IMG/VR virus record: IMGVR_UViG_2585427776_000006
DNA length: 5,817 bases
Reading direction: 5' to 3' (one strand)
Source: a virus
Taxonomy: Duplodnaviria; Heunggongvirae; Uroviricota; Caudoviricetes
Shown: positions 1 through 5,696 of the stretch, piece by piece
How positions within the stretch are numbered: position 1 is the first letter of the stretch
Layout of the letters: every line of letters starts with the position of its first letter
The notes under the pieces: generated by a model
The model's input: the letters and a program-made list of their open reading frames with translations, nothing else
Database searches by the model: none
Told to the model about the DNA's origin: nothing
Made by a program: the position numbers and the translations under genes

Positions 1-189
1 CATGCCGATCGCCAGGCTTAAATGAGTCGGTGTGAATCCCATCAGCGTTACCGTTTCGCGGTGCTTCTTTAGTACGCTACGGCAAATGTCATCGACGTTT
101 TTATCCGGAAACTGCTGTCTGGCTTTTTTGATTTCAGAATTAGCCTGACGGGCAATGCTGCGAAGGGCGTTTTCCTGCTGAGGTGTCAT
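1..189 (-). CDS. Hypothetical phage protein, partial. ATG at 189..187; the 63 visible codons (MTPQQENALRSIARQANSEIKKARQQFPDKNVDDICRSVLKKHRETVTLMGFTPTHLSLAIGM...) run off the window start with no stop
   Basis: Open frame from the ATG to the window edge. Its ATG overlaps the TGA of the upstream 27-aa ORF (ATGA), as seen throughout this operon. An alternative in-frame ATG lies at 255..253. No recognised homolog. Confidence 0.4.
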   Translation of the reverse strand, partial: MTPQQENALRSIARQANSEIKKARQQFPDKNVDDICRSVLKKHRETVTLMGFTPTHLSLAIGM

Positions 190-269
190 TGAACAAGTCC
201 CATGTCGGCAAGCATAAGCACACAGAATATGAAGCCCGCTGCCAGAAAAATGCATTCCGTGGTTGTCAT
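186..269 (-). CDS. 27-aa hydrophobic small peptide (MTTTECIFLAAGFIFCVLMLADMGLVQ), possible small membrane protein
   Basis: Not in the supplied ORF track (too short). ATG at 269..267 overlaps the methyltransferase TGA (268..266) as ATGA. A GGGAGG Shine-Dalgarno sits 4 nt upstream. The stop TGA (188..186) overlaps the next ATG (189..187). Confidence 0.3.
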   Translation of the reverse strand: MTTTECIFLAAGFIFCVLMLADMGLVQ

Positions 270-823
270 GCAGCCTCCCGACGGGCAAGAATCCTTGAGC
301 CGAACGCCATCAACTCTCCACGATCAACGGTCGTAAAGTGGCAGTGTGTACGGGGGTATGGGTGCCAGATAATGAGCATCGAGCCTTTATTATTTCCACT
401 GACGGGTTTCTCAGTGAGTGGGTTAATAAATGCCAGTCGTCCTGCCGTGATGAATCTGACCTCACTGGCGGTTTGTATCGCTTCATGAAACCATCCGACA
501 GATGTGTCAGCAGGCAATAACATTACACATCCCACACTACTGAATTTGTTTTCAGTGGCTGCCTTTTTCACAAAAGGGGAAATATTGCTGTATGGTGGAT
601 TCAACCAGACATAACCAGAGGCATATCCCATTGCTTCAGGCCATGAAGTGGTTAATGTGTTCTGCTCCTGTGAGATAAAAAGCCGACATAGTCGGTTTTT
701 TTCGCTGGCGGCAGCATCAAGTTGAAAAACGAACTCTGCATTAAGCGCAGCAAAAATCTCTGGTGGTGTGCGCCAGCTGTCGCGATGTTCGGCAGGAGTA
801 TTGCTTCCGGTGAAATCAGTCAT
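266..823 (-). CDS. Phage-type DNA N6-adenine methyltransferase (Dam-like, small phage MTase family)
   Basis: 185-aa ORF. NPPY catalytic motif (VWLNPPYSN; NPPY codons at 601..590) is typical of N6-adenine/N4-cytosine MTases. The N-terminal WRTPPEIF...FQLDAAAS matches the conserved start of the phage Dam family as I recall it. Position downstream of exo resembles Stx-type lambdoid phages. Confidence 0.85.
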   Translation of the reverse strand: MTDFTGSNTPAEHRDSWRTPPEIFAALNAEFVFQLDAAASEKNRLCRLFISQEQNTLTTSWPEAMGYASGYVWLNPPYSNISPFVKKAATENKFSSVGCVMLLPADTSVGWFHEAIQTASEVRFITAGRLAFINPLTEKPVSGNNKGSMLIIWHPYPRTHCHFTTVDRGELMAFGSRILARREAA

Positions 824-977
824 ACAGCCCCCGTTTATTATTTATCTCCTCAGCCAGCCGCTGTGCTTTCAGGGGATTTCGGATAACAGAAAGGCCGGGA
901 AATACCCAGCCTCGCTTTGTAACGGAGTAGACGAAAGTGATCGTGCCTACCCGGATATTATCGTGAGGATGCTTCAT
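816..977 (-). CDS. Hypothetical 53-aa protein ([53 protein letters not shown])
   Basis: Not in the ORF track (under 60 aa). ATG 977..975 overlaps the exo stop TGA (976..974) as ATGA. A GGGGAG SD lies 8 nt upstream. The 3' end overlaps the methyltransferase start by 8 nt. Position corresponds to the small ORFs after exo in lambda. Confidence 0.4.
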   Translation of the reverse strand: MKHPHDNIRVGTITFVYSVTKRGWVFPGLSVIRNPLKAQRLAEEINNKRGLYD

Positions 978-1654
978 CGCCATTGCTCCCCAAATGCAAA
1001 ACCAATTTCAGCCAGTGCCTCGTCCATTTTTTCGATGAACTCCGGCACCATCTCGTCAAAACTCGCCATGTACTTTTCATCCCGCTCAACCACGACATAA
1101 TGCAGGCCTTCACGCTTCATACGCGGGTCATAGTTGGCAAAGTACCAGGCATCTTTTCGCGTCACCCACATGCTGTACTGCACCTGGGCCATGTAAGCCG
1201 ACTTTATGGCCTCGAAACCACCGAGCCGGAACTTCATGAAATCCCGGGAGGTAAACGGGCATTTCAGCTCAAGGCCATTGCCGTCACTGCATAAACCATC
1301 GGGAGAGCAGGCGGTGCGCATACTTTCGTCGCGATAGATGATCGGGGATTCAATAACATTTACGCCGGAAGTGAACTCAAACAGGGTTCTGGCGTCGTTC
1401 TCGTACTGTTTTCCCCAGGCCAGCGCTTTAGCGTTAACTTCCGGAGCCACACCGGTGCAAACCTCAGCCAGCAGGGTGTGGAAGTAGGACATTTTCATGT
1501 CAGGCCACTTCTTTCCTGATCGGGGCTTTGCTATCACGTTGTGAACTTCTGAAGCGGTGATGACGCCGAGCCGTAATTTGTGCCACGCATGATCCCCCTG
1601 TTCGACAGCTCTCACGTCGATCCCGGTACGCTGCAGGATAATGTCCGGTGTCAT
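974..1654 (-). CDS. exo: Lambda-type 5'-3' exonuclease Exo (Red alpha)
   Basis: 226-aa translation ([21 protein letters not shown]...GEQWR) matches lambda Exo from memory over its whole length, with the same size. Start overlaps the bet stop (ATGA). Confidence 0.97.
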   Translation of the reverse strand: MTPDIILQRTGIDVRAVEQGDHAWHKLRLGVITASEVHNVIAKPRSGKKWPDMKMSYFHTLLAEVCTGVAPEVNAKALAWGKQYENDARTLFEFTSGVNVIESPIIYRDESMRTACSPDGLCSDGNGLELKCPFTSRDFMKFRLGGFEAIKSAYMAQVQYSMWVTRKDAWYFANYDPRMKREGLHYVVVERDEKYMASFDEMVPEFIEKMDEALAEIGFAFGEQWR

Positions 1655-2436
1655 GCTGCCACCTTCTGCTCAGTGGCTTTCTGTTTCAGGAATCCAAGAG
1701 CTTTCACTGCTTCGGCCTGTGTCAGTTCTGACGATGCGCGAATGTCGCGGCGAAATATCTGGGAACAGAGCGGCAATAAGTCGTCATCCCATGTTTTATC
1801 CAGGGCGATCAGCAGAGTGTTAATCTCCTGCATGGTTTCATCGTTAACCGGAGTGATGTCGCGTTCCGGCTGACGTTCTGCAGTGTATGCGGTATTTTCG
1901 ACAATGCGCTCGGCTTCATCCTTGTCATAGATACCCGCAAATCCGAAGGCCAGACGGGCACACTGAATCATGGCTTTATGCCGTAACATCCGTTTGGGAT
2001 GCGACTGCCACGGTCCGGTGATTTCTCTGCCTTCGCGGGTTTTGAATGGTTCGCGGCGGCATTCATCCATCCACTCGGTAACGCAGATCGGATGATTACG
2101 GTCCTTGCGGTAAATCCGGCATGTACAGGATTCATTGTCCTGCTCAAAGTCCATGCCATCAAACTGCTGGTTTTCATTGATGATGCGGGACCAGCCATCA
2201 ACGCCCACCACCGGAACGATGCCGTTCTGCTTATCAGGGAAGGCGTAAATTTCTTTCGTCCACGGATTAAGGCCGTACTGGTTGGCGACGATCAACAATG
2301 CGATGAACTGCGCATCGCTGGCATCACCTTTAAATGCCGTCTGGCGAAGAGAGGTGATCAGTTCCTGTGGGTCGACAGAATCCATGCCGACACGTTCAGC
2401 CAGCTTCCCTGCCAGCGTTGCGAGTGCTGTACTCAT
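1651..2436 (-). CDS. bet: Lambda-type single-strand annealing recombinase Bet (Red beta)
   Basis: 261-aa translation ([38 protein letters not shown]...) matches lambda Bet from memory, with the same length. Canonical gam-bet-exo order. Confidence 0.97.
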   Translation of the reverse strand: MSTALATLAGKLAERVGMDSVDPQELITSLRQTAFKGDASDAQFIALLIVANQYGLNPWTKEIYAFPDKQNGIVPVVGVDGWSRIINENQQFDGMDFEQDNESCTCRIYRKDRNHPICVTEWMDECRREPFKTREGREITGPWQSHPKRMLRHKAMIQCARLAFGFAGIYDKDEAERIVENTAYTAERQPERDITPVNDETMQEINTLLIALDKTWDDDLLPLCSQIFRRDIRASSELTQAEAVKALGFLKQKATEQKVAA

Positions 2437-2441
2437 CCGTT

Positions 2442-2738
2442 TTATACCTCTGAATCAATATCAACCTGGTGGTGGGCAATAGTTTCAACCATGTACCGGA
2501 TGTGTTCTGCCATGCGTTCCTGAAACTCAACATCGTCATCAAACGCACGGGTAATGGCTTTTTTGCTGGCCCCGTGGCGTTGCAAATGATCGATGCATAG
2601 CGATTCAAACAGGTGCTGAGGCAGGCCTTTTTCCATGTCGTCTGCCAGTTCTGCCTCTTTCTCTTCACGGGCGATCTGCTGGTAGTGACGCGCCCAGCTC
2701 TGAGCCTCAAGACGATCCTGAATGTAATAAGCGTTCAT
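2442..2738 (-). CDS. gam: Gam, RecBCD inhibitor (short 98-aa form)
   Basis: Translation [34 protein letters not shown]...[10 protein letters not shown] matches lambda Gam. CAGGAG SD lies 7 nt upstream of the ATG. An in-frame stop at 2795..2793 with no intervening start means only the short form is encoded here. Confidence 0.95.
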   Translation of the reverse strand: MNAYYIQDRLEAQSWARHYQQIAREEKEAELADDMEKGLPQHLFESLCIDHLQRHGASKKAITRAFDDDVEFQERMAEHIRYMVETIAHHQVDIDSEV

Positions 2739-2813
2739 GGCTGAACTCCTGAAAATGGCTGTGAAAATATCGCCCGCGAAATGCCAGGCTGATTAGGAAA
2801 ACAGGAAAGGGGA

Positions 2814-3020
2814 TTAGTGATTCAGGCCGTTACCGCGTCCGTCGAGAAAAACTTCCACGAGCAAATCACGGGTATAAGTGCGCTCGATGCCGCGATGCAG
2901 ATATAGCCGTCCGCGTAAATTAGCTGATGCAGTCCAGGTACCATCTTTGTGTTTGACCAGCATTCCTGGCATGACCGCACCTCGATTAACGGTCTGCGTT
3001 CCGTAATGTTGATGAACCAT
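2814..3020 (-). CDS. Hypothetical 68-aa early protein in the Kil position upstream of gam ([68 protein letters not shown])
   Basis: The track ORF 2814..3095 begins at a non-ATG codon (TTG). I place the start at the internal ATG 3020..3018, which has an AGGAG SD 5 nt upstream. Function assigned by position only; the sequence is not recognised. Confidence 0.5.
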   Translation of the reverse strand: MVHQHYGTQTVNRGAVMPGMLVKHKDGTWTASANLRGRLYLHRGIERTYTRDLLVEVFLDGRGNGLNH

Positions 3021-3156
3021 AAAAACTCCTGCCCGTAAGCTGGGCTGCTGAACATATAGAGACTTCTGCGCGTATTTCGACGTATGGGGAAACAAGTGTG
3101 ATTCGCCAACCGTATCATTAAGCCCGGCCCGAGTTACTGATGTTTATTCTTAAAAG

Positions 3157-3165
3157 AATTAACTG
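3157..3165. repeat. Left copy of the 9-bp direct repeat AATTAACTG flanking the AT-rich cassette (extended imperfect repeat TTCTT-N5-AATTAACTG begins at 3147)
   Basis: Exact 9-mer also present at 5026-5034. Both copies are preceded by TTCTT and a 5-nt spacer. Confidence 0.4.
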
Positions 3166-3192
3166 AAAAGAGGAAGGTTTGATGAGTTTTTT

Positions 3193-3210
3193 TACGTGAA
3201 TTAACACGTA
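3193..3210. promoter_or_regulatory. Palindrome TACGTG-AATTAA-CACGTA (6-bp arms, 6-bp spacer), candidate operator in the divergent intergenic region
   Basis: Perfect inverted repeat read directly from the sequence. Lies between the divergent Kil-position gene and the cassette promoter. Confidence 0.3.
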
Positions 3211-3306
3211 AGACTGCTGGTTATTAAACCATCACATTAGATATCTAAAAATTGTGATCGGTATCTCCCTACTATAAAAAAAAGTAGTTGAATATACGGT
3301 CTATAC

Positions 3307-3334
3307 TTGAAATAAATAAAAGTATTCTTATTTT
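3307..3334 (+). promoter_or_regulatory. Candidate sigma70 promoter for the cassette: -35 TTGAAA (3307-3312), 16-bp spacer, -10 TATTTT (3329-3334)
   Basis: Hexamers and spacing read from the sequence about 30 bp upstream of the gene A start. Other weaker combinations exist in this AT-rich region, so the exact promoter is uncertain. Confidence 0.3.
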
Positions 3335-3353
3335 TTAGATTCTGTGTTGTGAA

Positions 3354-3358
3354 AAGGA
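3354..3358 (+). promoter_or_regulatory. Ribosome-binding site AAGGA for the 343-aa ORF
   Basis: AAGGA lies 6 nt upstream of the ATG at 3365. Confidence 0.5.
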
Positions 3359-3364
3359 ATTTTT

Positions 3365-4396
3365 ATGTCCTCGAATATTTTATCTGGTGAAAAAGTAATC
3401 AATAAAATTGCTGAAAAGTTGAGCGATTATAAATATCCTCCGGCTGAAGGTATGAACTCTGAACATGTCAGCAAATGGATTAAGCAATTTGCAGTGGAGG
3501 ATAGACGATTTATCTTAGATGAAACGCTTTATCTACTTAATGCAGGTTACCTATCCGAAAGTCAATATCAACGAAAAATAAAAGCCATTGCAAGAAGTGA
3601 AAAGAACGCGAAACTCTTCAGATATGCAGGTTTTTTAGATATTCAAAAAAAAGGTTCTAGTCAGAAGGAATTGCTTAAATCTCTTTATGAAACAGTAGGG
3701 ATCAAATTTAACATCGTTACTGAATCATCAACTCAAGATGAAGTAAATAAATTTGATACATTTGTATATATTGATGATGTGTCGTTTTCAGGAGAAAAGG
3801 CCATCAAATCGATAAGTAATTTTGTTTTAAAATTTAATTTAAGAGATATTAAATTCAATGTATATTTTTTTTCATCTCATACGTTATCTGACTATAATAT
3901 AAAAAGACGATTAGAATATATTTTTAAGGATAGAAACATTTTTGTACACGTGAAGAATGGTGGTATGCGTGAGGTTGAAAACCGAAAAAGTCGTTCTGCT
4001 CAATCAGGTGTTTTCTGGCCAAGGAAATATAGTGTAGATACTCCCGAGAAATTCGAGGAGTGTGAGCTTTACAAAGGCGTATTCAGAGATGGATATGCCT
4101 CTTCTGATAGTTTTAGAAATGAAGCCTCAAGGGATCGTTTCGAATCTATCCTTACTAAAGTCGGCTTTAATATCTTGCTGCACAGGAAAACCCCTAGTGA
4201 GGTGCTCAAACCTCTAGGTTTTTCTACTTTTGACGGTTTGGGTTTTGGGGGAACAACATTTACTTATCGAAATTGCCCGAATAATGTGCCGCTGGCTTTT
4301 TGGTGGGGAGATTATGAACCAACAGGTGCTCCCGCATTGGACTGCTGGTATCCACTAATGAAGCGGAATGGGTATAATGAGTGGTATGAGCTATAG
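3365..4396 (+). CDS. Uncharacterised 343-aa protein, candidate toxin/effector of the cassette. Contains a phosphoribosyltransferase-like loop motif FVYIDDVSFSGEK (residues 133-145)
   Basis: Long ORF with a good SD and AT-rich codon usage distinct from the phage genes. The motif (four hydrophobics, DD, then V-S-F-S-G) resembles the PRPP-binding signature of type I PRTases (for example VLLVDDVLTTGGT), but that resemblance is my inference from a single short motif. No homolog recognised. Overlaps the downstream NADAR gene. Confidence 0.75.
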   Translation: MSSNILSGEKVINKIAEKLSDYKYPPAEGMNSEHVSKWIKQFAVEDRRFILDETLYLLNAGYLSESQYQRKIKAIARSEKNAKLFRYAGFLDIQKKGSSQKELLKSLYETVGIKFNIVTESSTQDEVNKFDTFVYIDDVSFSGEKAIKSISNFVLKFNLRDIKFNVYFFSSHTLSDYNIKRRLEYIFKDRNIFVHVKNGGMREVENRKSRSAQSGVFWPRKYSVDTPEKFEECELYKGVFRDGYASSDSFRNEASRDRFESILTKVGFNILLHRKTPSEVLKPLGFSTFDGLGFGGTTFTYRNCPNNVPLAFWWGDYEPTGAPALDCWYPLMKRNGYNEWYEL

Positions 4397-4997
4397 ATTA
4401 TATCCGCTACAGAACACAGTTTCCTTCAGGAAAACCACCGAAAAATGGGGGGGGCTTTCCAACATGGCTAAAGGATATCCATTGTTAATCAATGGGTTGC
4501 CTATTCAATCAAGTGAAATCCTTTACCAAGCATGCCGATATCCAGACTATCCGGATATACAAAAGGCCATCATTACTCAAGGAAACCCCTATGAAGCCAA
4601 GCAGACCGCAAGATCGTTTGAATCCAAAACTCGCGCAGGATGGGATAAGAATCGAGTTTCGATTATGAAGTGGTGTGTATGCGTAAAATTATGCCAGAAC
4701 TGGGATACGTTCTTTGCGCTGTTAGACAGTACAGGCGACCATTTCATCGTGGAACACTCAGAGAAGGACCAATTCTGGGGTGCCAGTAAAGACCCAGAAG
4801 GTAACTATTATGGTATGAACGTATTAGGGCGAATTCTCATGGACGTGAGAGGGGTTGCTAGGAAAAAGGGGGCTGATGGGTTTGCAACAATACCATCGCT
4901 ATCTTTGGACAAATTTTTTCTCCTAGGCGAAAGAATTAAAGATGTAACATTTGTAGAGCCAACGCCTGGAGCAGGGCAAAGTTTATCCTTGTTTTAG
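4368..4997 (+). CDS. NADAR (YbiA-like, DUF1768) domain protein, predicted ADP-ribosyl / N-glycoside hydrolase and candidate antitoxin or immunity partner
   Basis: Translation carries the NADAR signature blocks as I recall them from E. coli YbiA: GGLSNM (YbiA GDFSNF), SSEILYQACRY (YbiA TSEHYFQAQKF), IVEHSEKDQFWGAS (YbiA LVEHTENDAYWGDG) and NVLGRILMDVR (YbiA NRLGYLLMELR). Three in-frame ATGs (4368, 4377, 4386) all lie inside the end of the upstream gene, so the exact start is uncertain. Confidence 0.85.
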   Translation: MGIMSGMSYRLYPLQNTVSFRKTTEKWGGLSNMAKGYPLLINGLPIQSSEILYQACRYPDYPDIQKAIITQGNPYEAKQTARSFESKTRAGWDKNRVSIMKWCVCVKLCQNWDTFFALLDSTGDHFIVEHSEKDQFWGASKDPEGNYYGMNVLGRILMDVRGVARKKGADGFATIPSLSLDKFFLLGERIKDVTFVEPTPGAGQSLSLF

Positions 4998-5025
4998 CGT
5001 TCCATCTGGGGCATTTTCTTCCATA

Positions 5026-5034
5026 AATTAACTG
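5026..5034. repeat. Right copy of the 9-bp direct repeat AATTAACTG (preceded by TTCTT at 5016-5020)
   Basis: Exact match to 3157-3165. Sits 29 bp after the NADAR stop codon, at the point where composition returns to phage-like. Confidence 0.4.
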
Positions 5035-5107
5035 GCGTACCTCCCTCGGCGTTTTTTTGTTGCCATAAAAGGTTTTTGATTTTCTATAATCAACCAGCCA
5101 TAATCAT

Positions 5108-5136
5108 GTCACCGGAGCCTGAACAACTCCGGTGAC
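5108..5136. other. Perfect 10-bp inverted repeat GTCACCGGAG-(9 nt)-CTCCGGTGAC, a stable stem-loop
   Basis: Read directly from the sequence. No following T-run on either strand, so it is not a canonical intrinsic terminator. Possibly a processing or regulatory hairpin, or a remnant of the phage early-left leader. Confidence 0.4.
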
Positions 5137-5315
5137 TTCTGCGCTAAACGGGGACGTTTATGCGCACATACAATCTAAACTCTCTTCTCCCGCCACAGAT
5201 GCAGAAATGCACCTGCGATTTTTTGCATCCAGCGTTTGACCTCTGCGGAGGTGAAGCGTGAACCTCCCACAAGACGGCATCAAACTTCATCGCGGTAACT
5301 TCACCGCTATCGGTC

Positions 5316-5340
5316 TGAACCGCCCCGGGAATCCTGGAGA
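5316..5340 (+). repeat. Putative left terminal inverted repeat of the IS element (TGAACCGCCCCGGGAATCCTGGAGA)
   Basis: IS3-family ends begin with TG, and the spacing to orfA is typical. The right end is outside the window, so the repeat cannot be confirmed by pairing. Confidence 0.45.
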
Positions 5341-5369
5341 CTAAACTTCCTGAGAAAGAGGTAAACAGG

Positions 5370-5696
5370 ATGACTAAAAATACTCGTTTTTCCCCCGAAG
5401 TCCGTCAACGGGCAGTCCGTATGGTTCTGGAAAGTCAGAGCGAATATGACTCACAATGGGCGACAATTTGTTCCATTGCTCCAAAGATTGGCTGTACGCC
5501 GGAGACTCTGCGTGTCTGGGTTCGCCAGCATGAGCGGGATACCGGGGGCGGTGATGGAGGGCTCACCACCGCTGAACGTCAGCGTCTGAAAGAGCTGGAA
5601 CGTGAAAATCGTGAACTGCGCCGCAGTAACGATATCCTTCGCCAGGCTTCCGCTTATTTTGCGAAGGCGGAGTTCGACCGCCTCTGGAAAAAATGA
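5370..5696 (+). CDS. IS3-family transposase OrfA (helix-turn-helix DNA-binding part), 108 aa
   Basis: Translation [60 protein letters not shown]...[36 protein letters not shown], with the leucine-zipper-like C-terminus typical of IS3 OrfA. AGAGG SD upstream. Confidence 0.9.
   Translation: MTKNTRFSPEVRQRAVRMVLESQSEYDSQWATICSIAPKIGCTPETLRVWVRQHERDTGGGDGGLTTAERQRLKELERENRELRRSNDILRQASAYFAKAEFDRLWKK

Noticed and set aside
183-2523. Plus-strand ORFs 183..488, 338..520, 768..1100, 983..1294, 1580..1873, 1641..1823, 1999..2523 and 2282..2482
   Set aside because: All lie antisense to the recognisable minus-strand genes (methyltransferase, exo, bet, gam). They are shadow ORFs of coding sequence and their translations are not protein-like.
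1968-2710. Minus-strand ORFs 1968..2201 and 2396..2710
   Set aside because: Out-of-frame overlaps inside bet and gam; the in-frame Bet and Gam readings are full-length and recognisable.
3021-3095. N-terminal extension of the Kil-position ORF back to 3095
   Set aside because: The track start at 3095 is a TTG codon with no SD; the internal ATG at 3020 with AGGAG is preferred.
2822-3118. Alternative 98-aa minus-strand ORF overlapping the Kil-position gene in another frame
   Set aside because: It lacks a convincing RBS, whereas the 2814..3020 frame has an AGGAG SD at ideal spacing. It is retained only as a low-probability alternative.
3365-4396. Gene A as a DarT (DUF4433) ADP-ribosyltransferase, which would make the cassette a known DarTG1 system
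   Set aside because: The protein is much longer than DarT and I see no DarT-like N-terminal HxT/NL motif. This cannot be fully excluded without a profile search, so it is raised as a test in the findings.
5030-5060. T7 run (5051-5057) after the NADAR gene as an intrinsic terminator
   Set aside because: No stable GC-rich hairpin immediately precedes the T-run (GGCGTACCTCCCTCGGCG does not self-pair).
5144-5290. 48-aa minus-strand ORF ([48 protein letters not shown]) between the cassette and the IS
   Set aside because: No credible SD, odd composition and no recognisable similarity; probably a chance ORF or a remnant of a disrupted phage gene.
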